DNA from: Paraphysomonas bandaiensis
Taxonomy: Eukaryota > Protista > Chrysophyceae
Assembly (NCBI GenBank): GCA_965644295.1
Contig: CBFFRP010000373.1
Coordinates: 248,001 to 312,000, forward strand
DNA: 64,000 nt
Direction of reading: 5' to 3'
Shown here one piece after another: positions 36,194 to 49,772 of this stretch (its first letter is position 1; every line of letters begins with the position of its first letter). The notes under the pieces are model-generated. The model did no database searches and was not told the DNA's origin. It saw only the letters and a program-made list of their open reading frames with translations. A program made the position numbers and the translations under genes.

Positions 36194-39188
36194 GTGGGGG
36201 TTCATCGCTTTCTTCGTGGAAAGGAGATTGTATTGAGATGCTTGACTGAGAGAGAGGAGATGACTAGGCGTGAGCGAAAGGATTATCTTCGAAACCTGGT
36301 TCGCAATTCCATTATCAGTATTGACAGGACTGGTAGTGGAGCGCTATACTCAAAGTTTAACTGGAAAGTTGGTGATGTCTCTCAAGGTCAAGTAGAGGGC
36401 GTGTGCAAGAATTGTTTCTGCAGCTGCTATGATGTCTCGTCGTCTCATATTGATACATTGATAAAGTGAGGTGAAGAAGGGCGTCAGCCAAACAGCCCGC
36501 AAGCTAAGCGACAGGACGTCGTGTTTGCAGATTTTACCTCAATTGCGCCGTGTTGCTATGGCTCATGGTATTCATCTGACAAAGCAACAAGTAGCTGCGG
36601 CTGCATTACCTAACAGCCCTCATGTGTTGACTTGTTATGGGTGGTTATGCACGTACTTTCGACTGACCGGGGACTACATTCCCAACAGTGGGGGAGAGAT
36701 TCACCTGGAGCCCATTAAAATAGTCCATGTATACGATGAGTACCACACTGATATGATGAATGCGGGAATTTTTCCTGTACATGTTGACATGTTTGCCAAT
36801 ATTTGGATGAAGTGCTTTGATTATGTTAAGATCCGGGAGTTCAAGTCTGTATCTGGAAAGTGCAAGACCTGCGAGGCTCTTAGTTCACTGCGTCGAACTT
36901 TTAAATCGGAGCGCGAGCGGGAGTACGTCACCATGATGCATGCCCTCCATCGCACTGGATATATGGGAGAACGGCAAATGTATGCCGAGCGCCGGAACCA
37001 AGCCATAATGCAGAAGTCGAAATTTATTTCCACGATTTCGGACGGCATGGCACAAGGACACAACCAGCTGCCCCATTTAGCCAACACAAATCAGTGGGCC
37101 CCGAAGGAGGCACTGCCTCAGCACCTCCAAGGTATACTCAATCATAATCGCGGGATGACTATTTATCGCACTTTCCACACGATCAACAACTGTGCAAATG
37201 TGGCGGTACATTCGTATCTCCTCCAGCTTGAGCAGATTATAGAGGTGGAAGGGAAGCTTCCAGACACAGTGTATCACCAAATAGACGGTGGATCGGAGAA
37301 CACTGCTAAGGCATGGTTTGCACTGTGTGAGCTCATTGTGGCAAGGCGGTTATGCAAGCGACTGGTGCTGACGCGGCTAATGGTCGGCCACACCCACGAA
37401 GATATAGATTCTAAGTTTGGAATTCTCTGGAAGCGAATACGGAATCGCTTTGTGTACTCTCCGCAGCAGTATGAACACCAGATTATTACCGGACTGTCCA
37501 CTAAGAAGCACAAATGCAACGTAGTGGATTTGATAGCTATTCCCGACTACAAGGCGCTTTTAGATAATTATGTTGATCCTTCGTTTGCCCCCATGACCAA
37601 GAACGATAAGACTCAGCTGCAGTGGGTATTTGAGGCAGTGACACCAGATGACACTTATTTTACCAATGGTGTCCGTGTGATGTATCGTGCCTATGCTGCA
37701 GAGGAGCATGTCAGCGTGTTCAAGGATTCCACGAAGCAATGCGGAATACATGCAAAGGTGGCAGATGTTTTCTGGTATCCCCACAAGAATCGCAAAGAAG
37801 GCATTATGGTGGACGGAATGAAGATATTGACTGCAATGCCAAACCAACGTCCGGCGCCTTACCCCTTTGTCCCAGGATCTCGTGCCTTACTTGATGACGT
37901 TATGGTTAAAGTTGAAACTGAGCTGAAGTCTATACATCCGACTATATTTAATGAGTGGAAGTTGTGGGAAGCAAGGATGCCTAAGTCAGACAATGTAAAC
38001 GAGTACCTTGCAGATGGACACCCCATGCGTTTTCCGCTGGGTCATATACTATTCAGTGATGAGCCTCCAGACCCTGCTCCAATAGAACCCTTACACGAGT
38101 CAGCTTTTTCAGAGCTACAGCGCATGCGAACCACTGATTGTGTTAAGTGGTCTCGTTGGGGGCATGACCGAGAGGATCACTCCACTGAAAACCATGCTCG
38201 TGTGGAATGGTGTTATATTGGTGGGGAGCGAATAGAGCAGAACGCGTTACCGTTACAGCCGAAGGTCTTTCGCAAGTGGAAGGAGCGGTCCATGTTGAAA
38301 GACGACGAGTTGCCAGGTGCCACGTTTGTCCTAGCAAGACGTCGCCCCCACGACCCCGCTTCGCTATTCGACAGAGAGGGGCAGGTTTTTTCTCTGCGAA
38401 ATGGCACGCAAAAGCGAGTTTACTGGAAGTTTAGCCGAAATTCTATTGTTATCAATAACGACTCCGCTAACTCACTGCAGTCAAATTTGGATGCTGGACT
38501 TTGGAAACTTGGTAGATTGGAAGCCCCGTCGGATCAGGTCCCTGTCGACTATGCTCTAGATGATACAGAAGTGAATGACGCGGCCGCCGGGCCTCCTGTT
38601 GTGCCACTTGCTGCTGATAGTAATCGTGGAACTGGTCGCGAGGGAGTCCAACGAGGAGGTGGTAGAGGCCGTGGTAGAGGGCGTAGAAGGAATCGGCGTG
38701 TTGTGGAGTCGGACTCCAGTGATAACGAAGAGAGCGCCGAGGAGGTGCCGGAAGACGACGCAGAGAGTGTGCCGGAAGACGACACAGAGAGCGAGCCGGA
38801 AGACGACACAGAGAGCGAGCCGGATAGTGATAACGTAGACAACTGCAGTGGCTCAGCGAGTGATGCTAGCAGTTCGGATGATGAAGTCGGAGTATCGTTT
38901 GAAGTAGGCAACAAAGTGAGGAATATCAGAGGTCTGAATGGTGTAGTTACTGCTGTTGTTGGTAAGTTGTATGATGTGAAGTACACTGATGGGCGCACCG
39001 ATAGATTAAAGCGCAATCAGTTGAAAGCACCTGTAGTTAGAAAGAGTTCTGCGCCTAGATTGTCGTCTGCTGGGAACTACTCAATAATTGCACATGCAGA
39101 CCAGTGGGTTGATAGTAGTAGTATTAGGGCAGACAACGTAGTTACTGGTAAAAGGAAACGTGCTGTTGGTGTGTCCTATAAAACCTAA
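36194..39188 (+). CDS. Sola1/DUF7869-like DDD transposase with acidic linker and C-terminal Tudor-like domain; 1-bp frameshift near 36465
   Basis: VCKNCF N-terminal motif, CKTC, and catalytic-type motifs SDGMAQ / QIDGGSEN / RLMVGHTHEDIDSKF. Tudor-like FEVGNKV...YDVKYTDGRTDRLKRNQLK (38898-39026). 24-bp repeats at 38748-38824. The true start is probably further upstream. Confidence 0.8.
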
Positions 39189-39324
39189 ATATTTATTAAC
39201 ACTACTGTACTAGTGCATTCAAGCACTTTTAGAACCATTCTACAAAAATTCTTAAAAGTCTAGTAAAATCTACTAGATTTTCCCAAATTTTTGAAAATTT
39301 CCCACGTTTGCATATTGTTTACTT

Positions 39325-42300
39325 TGAAAACGACGACTCCGACCAGTTTACAGATTATAAAGACACTGGTCCACTACAACAGAAAGGACGAGACTTCGGA
39401 GGAGTCGGATATCCAACTAACGACGAAACGAACTTCGCTTTTGATCAAGAAGCCGGAATGGGAACCCTTGATTCTGGCTGCACAGTCTCCATCACACCTG
39501 AAGCCGGATACATCACCAATTATGAGGAATGCCTCACCGACATTCAAACAGCTAAGTCAGGATCGACTATGACCTCTTCACATGGAAGACTTGGTATTAT
39601 CCCCAAGTTCAAGCACGTGGACCATGCTTCAAGGACACTCGTGTCCATCAGCCAATTAGATGACCTAGGGTATAAAATCTTGTTCGGAAACCAATCAGTT
39701 GAGATATATAAAGATGAAATACTGCTATCAAAGGGTAAGAGAGTTGGAGGCCTATACGAAATTCCGCTAACAGACCTCGGAACTCCTATTGACGAATCCC
39801 ACCTTGCTTCAACTGCTTCAGGCCCACTCGCAACTCTAGCACATAAGAGATTGGCACATTCTTCAATTGGACTCATACAGAAAGCTGTACAATCGAAATT
39901 AGTAACGGAAGTAAACATTATGCAATATCGTGGGATTTTTTTTTCCCACGTTTTTAGGAGTATTTGAGGAGTATTTCTCGTATACCGGTATATTGTACTA
40001 TACTATACTGCTGCAGTATTGTGTATGTATTCGTTTGTACGAGTAGTACTCTATGCGCATAGAGGTGTATGTATGTGTGTGAGGAGGATATTTGAATTCT
40101 TGTGCACAGATCAGCACACACATACTCACACCACAGCACATGACATACATATACATGATACCATCATAGCACAGACTCCTCTGGTACGTAAGTTGTATAT
40201 TAAATCACAAGTGGCTAGAAACAATGTAGCTACGACTAGAGGGCAATGACTGCTGGCATCATGATGATCAATGGGTTGACAGTGGTAGTATGAGGGCAGG
40301 TAACGTGGTTGCTGGTAAGCAAAAAGGCGCTTCTGTTACATCCTATGAGACTTAAAATTATAATAAAATTAATATTTTTTGTTGTCTCTAACCCTAATAC
40401 CACAAATAGAATTGTTTCTTTAACATTTCTACTTAAATACTGTAAATACTCCTAAATTTCCCAAAATATCGTAAAATTCCCACGTTTGCATAATGTTTAC
40501 TTCGGGTATTAAGTTAACGAAGTCGGAGATGAATGCTACTTCTTTACCGGGTGGCCTATGTGATGGTTGTGCTAGTGGTAAATCTCATCGCCGAAAACAT
40601 AGACACGCTATCAGACAAATGCTGCTCAAGCGTGTAAGAAGAGCAAATGAGCTGGGGGAGCTAGTAGTAGCCGATTTTTCTGGACCCCATGCACCAGAGG
40701 CAATCATTACTGGCAACCGTTACATACTCGGGATGACAGATGTAGCTTCCAGACACCAATGGGACTCCTACGGACCAACGAGAGATGAAGATTTTGTCAT
40801 CCAATCCATCCAGAAAGTTGTTATGTATCTACATAGTAAAGGCAAACGCCTACAACATTATCATGCGGATGGCGGGAAGGAACTGGTATCAAGAAAAGTT
40901 CTAGAGTATCTTCAATCAATAGGGGCTACATGGACTTTCAACTCCCCGTATACCCCCGAGGATAACCCATTCCAAGAGCGATCATTGCGGACAACAAAAG
41001 AACGAGCACTCAGCAGCCTTATCGACTCTGGACTCCCACCGAATTTCTGGGAACAAGCCTCAAAGGCGACAATACACATCAAGAACAGGTTACCGTGTCA
41101 AACAGCTAAAGGATTTATGTCTCCACTTCAGTTTATCGAAAACGAAATACCAGACTTGAGTTATGCCAGAATATGGGGATGTAAATGCTTTGTGAATATC
41201 GATTCCAGTCTCCGAAAGAACAACTGGGACAGACATAGCTGGCCTGGGTATTTTATGGGCTATCGAGAGGATGGTCCTGGATATATAGTCTTTGTTCCCG
41301 CATTAAGAGACTTTTTGTTATATATCAGGACATGCATTTTTCAACGAATGTGTTCCACCTGCGGATAAGAGATATTTTAAGGAGATAAATGAGACCTTCA
41401 GAGAGAATGAGACCTCCAGGACAGTAGGAAGTTTCAAATATCTCATAGGTCTAGCACATGATGTAGATCCAGACGATGGATTAACATATGTAACGACTCA
41501 AATAAAGCTCAGAAAAGGACTAATCGCAGCGTATCGTGGTCTAGTGGACAACAGCGGTGACACTACACGCCTCATCCAGCTCACGACCCCATTCATGCTG
41601 CAGACGTCGAAAAGTACACTGAAGAATACATAGAACTCAAAGAAGTTGGTCTCAAATGTAGTAATTCTCGATCGAAAACCCCAATAAATAAATCCAGCAA
41701 ATCAGATCGAGACCCCGATACAGTTAATGGATCTCCAGCGCCAGCCGCTACTTCCAGGGGGAGTTGCGTGAATCTAAGACATCATGATGCCGCGCAGGAG
41801 AGAATCAGCAGCCAATGTCATCGGAATGAACCTACCCACTCCGATGCAAAGATAGCGAAGACTCGCCCTTCGAAACAATTCAATGGGAATCTAGTGCCGA
41901 ATCCGGCACCACACAGTCAAGTGGATCGTGTGTGTCAGCGTGTGGCCAAACGCTGTTACAAGCCTGCTGATTCATCGGGAGATTGGGAAAATCAAGATAC
42001 ACCTGAAGGGCCAAGTAAGGTCCGTGCTACAGCAAAACAACAATTTTTAGCTGGTAAAAAGAGTGTTCTCCGAAGCAAGAGAATGGCCAGGAAACGGGTA
42101 ATTGTAAATATACACAAACTAGGTGATGGTGTATATACATGTGATGTAAATGCTAAACATGTAGTAAATCATATGGCACATGACACACAATGTATATTAT
42201 CAAAATTACATACAAACAATATTGATATTGTTATGCATGCTATCAGTAATTGCGATGACATTGACGAGCTAACCGATACACCAAAGAGTGTTCAAGATGC

Positions 42301-43899
42301 TATTTCAGGTAAATATATAAACAGCAGTGGATCGATGCTATTAACAGAGAAATATCCACTCTTCAGAGGAAAGGATGCTGGAGATACACTGCGTTACCAC
42401 CTGGAGCAAGAGCCATAAAGGGGAAACTCATATTCAAAATAAAAATAAAACAGAATGATATCAAAATCAAGGCTCGACTGGTCGCACAGGGTTTTACTCA
42501 AATCCAAGGCATCGATTACAATGATACATAATACAGCCCCGTCGCGAAGGCTACATCACTACGTACAATTATTGCCCTATCGACCATTATGAGACTCAAA
42601 TTGCACCAAATCGATTTCACAACTGCGTACATCAATGCTGATCTCGAAGAGGACATATACATGCATCCCCCTCCTGGCATGGACGTCCCTGACGGAAAAG
42701 TCCTCAAACTGATGAAAAGCATCTATGGTCTAAAGCAAGTAGGTCTTAACTGGTATAAGTGCTGTACAAATTTTATGCTAGATATGGGTTTCACCAGACT
42801 AATATCTGACCCGTGTATATTCAAAAAGCAGATTAATGGCAGGATTATGCTAATAGCCATGTATGTGGATGATATTATTATAGCATCCACATCCGACACT
42901 GATATTCAACAATTCAAAGACCATTTATCCAAAAAGTTCGAAATTACGGATCTCGGACTCTTAGATTACTACTTGGGCATTTCTATCCATCAAGACTTTG
43001 ACAAGAATATCACGACTCTCAGTCAGGAGCAGTATGTCAGAAAACTACTGGACAAATTCAATATGTCCAACTGTAAACCCATGTCAACACCTATGTTACT
43101 GTCTTTCAACTATGATTTACATGAATACAATCATCTTTCAGAGTCAAATCAAAGTTATGTTCAGAATTTCCCCTACAAGGAGCTCATAGGTTCCCTGATG
43201 TATCTAGCTGTATGCACTCGACCGGATATTGCCTACGCAGTCAATACTCTTGCCAGATTTTCTGATATGCCTAATCTAACTACCTGTGTAATGCTGCGTT
43301 ACATGTTCTTAGCTATCTCAAAGGCACTGCTAAGCAAGGATTGATATATTCTGGATCCCACATAACATTGTCAGGATACTGCGATAGCGATTGGGCACGA
43401 TGTCACCTCACTCGACGGTCCACTACAGCTTTTACATTCTTCATAGGTAATTGTCTTATATCATGGCAATATCTCGATTACAGACAACTGTGGCATTGTC
43501 ATCTACTGAAGCTGAGTATATGGCTTTATCGTCAGCAGCTCAGGAAGCTCTTTATTATCAGAAATTGGTTTCAAACTTCCATTCTCAACAACTATTTGGT
43601 GCGATAATAAAGGTGCGGTCCAATTATGTTACAATCCTACTCATCATCGACGTACAAAACATATCGCGATTCGATACCACTTCATCCGTGAACACATTGC
43701 GGAGAACATTTTGACTGTGGATCATATATCCACAAAGTCAATGTTAGCCGACCTCCTTACGAAACCACTAGGAACAAATAACTTCCGCACATTGCGAACT
43801 ACATTGATGGGGGGAGCTGGGTTCGACATCCCATCCAGCAGCAACAGGAAGCGATCAACAACCTCAGAGACACCTAAATCACAATTACCAAGCCACTAG
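39325..43899 (+). pseudogene. pol: Copia-1 pol (PR, IN, RT, RNase H), frameshifted and interrupted by the MITE
   Basis: LDSGCT; HKRLAH...CDGC; ADFSGP/HADGGKE/ERSLRT; LYG-like IYGLKQ; YVDD; YCDSDWA; SSTEAEY; LADLLTKPL. Confidence 0.92.
39909..40502 (+). mobile_element. 594-bp MITE of the AAGTAAAC-TIR family
   Basis: 17-bp perfect TIR AAGTAAACATTATGCAA. 3-bp TSD CGG. Removal restores GTA ACG GGT ATT. The right arm encodes DQWVDSGSMRAGNVV..., homologous to the transposase C-terminus. Confidence 0.93.
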
Positions 43900-46883
43900 C
43901 GACCTAGGTGGCTAGTTTGAGTTACACGGAGTTTTTACCATTTTTTTTCTTTTATTCAATACATGATGCTGGACTAGAAGGATGGTCTCACAATATGGCA
44001 TCTCTGCAGTTCGCTTATTATTGGCTAGTGACTGCTACTCTGGTTTTTACTCTCAGTGTGTATATAAGTTCATATTCTCTCTATTATCTACGGTTCACTG
44101 ATTATTTCATTGTGGGGGCGTATTAGGATTCAGCTTAATACATGATTGTATCTGTGAATGATAATATTCAATGAAATATACCATGAGCTGAATTAGAGAG
44201 GGTATCTGTCGAAGATACGTGATCGTCATCATAACGTCGTCATTATCAGTTACACTTCTAACTATTCCGTTGTGCATGATAGTACGTTCTATATTGTTAT
44301 TCATAATTTTTACTCTATCGTGTTCATTACTTACACTCTAATAATCACAACATTGTTTTACTATTATAAAGATCAATTCTTTATTATATATCAATTCATT
44401 GCAGTATATTGTTATTGGCCTTTAAGATATTATTATCATCTATTTTTGCTGGTAATAAATTGTTACCGCCCCCTGCTGTTGTGTATACATACTAATGAAA
44501 TTCTTTCTATGAAAGATATGAGATATTAATATATCACTATTGCTCGTTATCGTTAAAATTAAGAAACATATGTAATCTAAAGCAAATTAACACAGACATA
44601 CATAAATAATCTATTTTACCATATCAGACCGCAATATAGCTATCATATATATATGAGTTGACATAAACAGGGGGAAGTCACAGCATGGTCTTGTTTAGAG
44701 ACAGAGTGCACATATGTTCATGTAGTGGATATAGGAGGGGAAGCATCATTCATTTGTGTATATTACGAAAAGTTGATGGTTCGCTTTTCAAGAACATCCA
44801 TAAGGATACGTCACTTTGGTGGCTTTACTTAATAAGTTAGGGTTAATTACAGAATCTATCATCCGAGATATCAATACTAGCGATGGAGATGTCTGTCGAA
44901 GCTTAGAATTCCAACTTTATTCCTTCCATGTAGATTTGCTATAGTGTTTAAGTTTATAAGCTATAGTCGATTACTAACATACTGTTCGCAACATTAGTAT
45001 CACCTATAGCGTCGTTCACCATTCAATCTCGAATTAACACATCAATCAAAAGAGAAATTACCTTACTTGAACAGCTATGATTAATTGGACACTTTCAAAT
45101 CAGGTGAGACTTCAGATAGACCTGTAAAGAGTATACAAAAAATTTTCTATGTCACGTTTCAACCACAGTCAGAAGACAATACAGATACAAATAATATTTG
45201 ATCCCACACCAATGCTCTAGGTTTTACGTACAAAATAATTAGGCTCAGTGTTTGCTTCATCATGAGATATCAGAGATCAACTGTAGTTACACATCACTGC
45301 CCAGCATTCAGCACTCAGAAAGAACACAGACCACAAACAACCTAGAAGTGGTGTCAGTACAGCGCAATCATCTCGTAATTTGAGTATCATATTGCTACAA
45401 AGCAATCCGAAGTATCCGAGAGTAATCATTTTGCGCATCTGTACCACCTCGCAAAAATACAGGAGAACAGACATTGCATGCATGCAGCATCGTGAATTGA
45501 CACCCAACGGCTGCTTAGCAAATGCAACGTGCTTTTAATCCCTGTGTTATTGCATGTTGTGCTTGGTCAAATAATCAATTATGTACTGGGTAAAAGACCA
45601 TAAACCAGCCAAATCATGAATGATGGTGGATGCTCTTGGTACCTGCTGTGTTATGAACTTCTTGGTCAGAAAATCACTGCAAAAAAGGCTTTTTGGAGGT
45701 TTCATTTCGGTGTCTATTGTACTACCGTCTGTAATACTGCTGTACTGCACGAGAAAATGATACAGAGAAGTGATATACAGCAGAGTATCCAGATAGAGAG
45801 TTCAGATGCAGGTTCATTAACGCTGTTCATATCAATATATATTTTGGGTAAACTAATTCCCATATATGCCTTGTGTATCTTTGTCATCAGTAGTTGTCTC
45901 GGTTTAAGGTCAGCACTTCTTATATGCCACATACCGCAGAGTGACTTGTGTTATTGTTTTGGATTGAGAGTAGTGCTCTGAGGGTGTAATGCGCAGGTAG
46001 CCAACACTGGCCAACGGTGGTGCCCCATCCAGAGCTAGACTTCCAGCGAGTTGATAGCTAATGTGGAATAACAATATCATACATAGCCTTCATATATAAA
46101 ACTTATATGTATATATTACATCCCCTCGTATAGTAAATTGAAGGGTGGGCGTAGCCGCTGCAAGGCTACTACTGCAGAGATGAAGGCCCAGGAACTGGTC
46201 TATATGCGCTTTCCTAATGATTTAACACAAGTAATTGCATGTTATTGCTTTTTACCTGTGGCGTTGTGTTTCTAAGCCTCTTTCGGCTACATTTGTATTT
46301 ATTTTCTTGACATCATTTTTCACTTCCAGAAACACATTACTGTCCTTTGGAATAAGAATTATCAATCAGGTGAAAATGTTAAGCCTTCAATTTTTGAGCG
46401 TTTATTTATTTATGTTGTTTCCAACAGGAACTGCAGCGCTGCACGAACTTTTGATGATTTATCCTTTGCATGGTGTGTGATATATTATGTATAATGTTTG
46501 ATATATATGTGTTGCTTTGACGTATGTTTTGCATTTGTATCCATGATCACCGACCGCAATTACAGTACATTTATAAATTCACTATTATATTTTGTGCTGA
46601 TATAATAATTATTACCACATTAATTAATAAAACTAGAAACGGCTCAACAATGAAAAAATAGTTGGTATATATTATTACGGTATAGTGGCTAGATGTTATT
46701 TTCAATAACAGCTGCTTCAAGCATTTGCAAATGAGATATCATCACATCTACTAAATGAACTCCTTCTGGATTGTCAGAATTCCTAAAATATTACCACGCC
46801 ATTTTAGGATCTGATAAAATTATCACCAGGTTTATATTCCTTTGAAAAAACCAAGTCAATTCCAGTAATAAAAAGGAAGACAA

Positions 46884-47918
46884 TTAGTAACCTTTCGCCC
46901 TATCAACAAGATACAACAGCGTGCTGTTCAAGCATTTCATGAAGTCATATTTATCATCAACGCTATTTTGGCGCATACCAACACATTGCATGTACCTTTC
47001 AAAGTTGTCAGCAAATACCTCTGCCACCAAACTGGGGTAAGAGACTGCGCTTATGTGCGGGGTGATGCTCACAGCAGGATGAGTCCAGAGTGGGCTACTA
47101 CTAGGTAGTGGCTCATCTTCTACTACATCTAAAACAGCGTGGGAAATTATATTCTCTTCCAGGGCTATCAGCAGTGAAGTCGTCGATATCACATCACCCC
47201 TTCCAATATTAATGAACACTGGCATACGGGAAGAACAACATGACCTCAATAAGTCCAGCGACAGCAAGCAGCGAGTATGCGGTGTGCTTGGAAGACAGTT
47301 CACAATGATATCGCTCGCACGAAGTACTTCCTCCACAGAATCGGAAAGAACGTCGAAAGGGCCAATATTTTCTCCACAGCATTCTCTGGCACACAACCCA
47401 TAGGGTCTTAGCCCTACGCACTTACATGCTTCTGCTATAGCTGTGCCTATTTTACCTGCACCTAATATACCTATGTTTTTCCCAGCTAATATTCCTCTGG
47501 AAGTGAAGGGCGTCCCATTCCACTCACACTATCGCTGCTGATCTAAGGAAATAGGGATCTGGAGTTGCAATGCTAGAATCCATCCAAGTACATATTCTAC
47601 CATCTGAACGCCAAACCCACGACCGATGCGCGTAAAAATAAAATCTGACCGTGTGGTGTCTTCAAATATACGATTGACTCCAGCAAACGTGCACTGAAGC
47701 CACACGAGGCCTGGGAATCCGTTATCCAAATACTTTGAAACGCAACCAGGGTCGGCTAGCACGACTTCACAGGTTGGACTAATCGTATCTGTGCTTTCTT
47801 GAGATATTGCAATGTCACCATTTTTGATGAGGGTGGCGAGGGCAGGTCTCGACAAACACTCACGGGAAACAGCATCATGGATGTCCTTTATGTCAGAAAT
47901 GATGGCCACTGAAATCAT
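46884..47918 (-). CDS. D-2-hydroxyacid dehydrogenase (GhrA-like glyoxylate/hydroxypyruvate reductase) with an in-frame TAG at 47529-47531
   Basis: GILGAGKIG Rossmann motif, LPSTPHT, FINIGRG, LDVVEDEPLP...LW, ITPHISA. The two listed ORFs are in frame across a single stop. Confidence 0.85.
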
Positions 47919-48335
47919 TCTTAAATTACTATGATATTTTCCACAGAGCCAATGTGAGAGTTGTACGTATGGAATGTCCTCCCTGCGAATGTGTAAATTG
48001 ATGATACTTTTCTACGAAGTCGTAGCCGTGAGCATTTGCAGGATGTGGGGAATACTGCTGTATTCCATGGTATTCCGAATATAGTTCAACCGATATGATA
48101 CTCTAGGATTATATCAGGCGCACAATGCCAATGCATGAAAAACTTCTGGTGGTGGATGTGTGTTTTTTCTGCATACAGATACAACAGAATACAGAGCACT
48201 TGCAAACATATGAAATCCCCAGTCAGAACATTCGATTTCAGCATCAACTCTTGCCGCTACACGGGAGCTCCATTCGGCGCTTGCAAGAACTGCTACAACA
48301 AACCCAATCTGACTTCAACGAATATTAACTGAGAA

Positions 48336-49462
48336 ATGCGCCGCACAATCGGTCTTCTGAACCCCCGTCGACTTTCTCTGCTGCCGATCCCTATGCACCT
48401 TGGGCAAAAGCATGCAGGCACTGATCTCTCTCCGCAGTTGTTGCAAAATCTAGGCCTTATGGATATTCTGAGAGAGAATAAGTGGGAGGTTACCGTATCG
48501 GAAAATTTATGCGATCCAAGTAAATATTCCTCAGAACCTACTGACGAGGACAAACTTCATAATGCCAAAAATTGTCGAGAAATTGGACTCGCATGCCAGA
48601 AAATTGAAAAGGGAGTTTATGAGCATGCGAAGACTGATAATTTTTTGCTGATGTTGGGGGGTGATCACTCCATACCAATTGGCACAATACCTGCCATCAA
48701 GAGAGCCCGTCCGAACACTGGGATTGTGTGGGTTGATGCCCACGCCGACATCAACACACCTTCCGGCTCCGAATCCGGAAACATCCATGGCATGGTAGTA
48801 TCTGTGATAATTTAGGCAAAACTGCAGTTGATAAGTCTTAACAGCCTTTAGGGTTTCTCCTGGGGCTGGTTGATAATGTGAACTCCCTTCCGTCGTTCGA
48901 CTACTTCAAGCCATGTTTAGACCCCACCGATATTGTGTACATTGGGTTACGTGATGTCGACGACTTTGAGAAAGACACTATTCGCCGCCTCGGCATTAAG
49001 GCTTACTCGGTGAGTGGCCTTTATGTTGATTAAATACTCTACTGAAGTGAATAATACAATTGATGAGTATAGATGTACGATATCGATAAGAAAGGAATTG
49101 GACGGGTCATGGAGGAAGTCGGAGAGTATATGGCCGGTAAGGACATACACTTATCCTTTGATATCGATGCATTGGATCCGTTATTTGCACCCAGCACTGG
49201 CACTGCCGTCCGTGGAGGACTCACGTTTAGAGAGGTCAGTGGAGTGGCGTTTTCTTCCGTTTTTTGACTGACTTGACTTTGTGTGCGTGACAATATGGTG
49301 TAGGGAAACTACATATGTGAGACCCTGTATGAAACAGGACGGCTGAAATCTATGGAGATGGTAGAAGTAAATCCTATGCTTAATAACCAAGCGGATGCCA
49401 AGCAGACCGCGGAGATGGCAATCATACTGATACGAGCTGCAATGGGGCGCACTATTCTTTAG
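48336..49462 (+). CDS. ARG: Arginase. Exons 48336-48794, 48845-49009, 49073-49234, 49304-49462
   Basis: [53 protein letters not shown]. Three GT-AG introns. Confidence 0.95.
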
Positions 49463-49772
49463 AATCTCTACCGCTTGAAAACGAGCCTCATAAATCGCTT
49501 AATATACGATATATATTACTATCTAAATGAAAATTATTCTTTTTCTATCATGAATTCAATTGAACGCGGTTGTGATTTCAAAGTAGCAGTCGCATGACTT
49601 TAACTCATGCTCCAATCGTTTGAGAATATCATTGTTTGGACTCCGCACATTGCACAGCCATTTAAATTTTAATGTTCAATGTGTGGTGTTTAATATTTGA
49701 TGCCCTAGTCATATGATGTAATGTTTGCAATATAGCAAAATTGTATATAGATTTTGCTTCAATTCTAGCTAT

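Larger units (their letters stand above)
33737..39324 (+). mobile_element. Two-gene DNA transposon (Sola1/DUF7869-like transposase plus divergent Myb/SANT gene); left end missing
   Basis: Right TIR ...CCCACGTTTGCATATTGTTTACTT at 39301-39324. Excision restores Copia AGA TTT GAA AAC in frame. Confidence 0.85.
25244..44385 (+). mobile_element. Ty1/Copia LTR retrotransposon (Copia-1) carrying four nested insertions
   Basis: LTRs 25244-~25512 and 44121-~44385 (3 substitutions, 2 small indels). PBS TGGTAGCGAGTG at 25513. PPT TGTGGGGGCG before the 3' LTR. Flanks ATATA/ATATA. Domain order gag(CCHC)-PR(DSGCT)-IN-RT(YVDD)-RH. Confidence 0.95.
24690..44475 (+). mobile_element. Decayed hAT element split by the Copia insertion (transposase C-terminal remnant 24690-25130; right TIR 44459-44475)
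   Basis: Frameshifted hAT dimerisation-like peptide (LFSRA...LELLIFLRFNKRLW). TIR ...TTGTTACCGCCCCCTG lies just beyond the Copia 3' LTR. Left TIR not found. Confidence 0.6.

Noticed and set aside
47529-47531. Stop-codon reassignment in this genome
   Set aside because: Genes here terminate with TAG, TAA and TGA, and the 4177-codon ORF has no internal stops.
48135-48332. In-frame ORF upstream of arginase as a targeting peptide or uORF
   Set aside because: Separated by TGA, no splice solution and no recognisable motif; needs transcript data.
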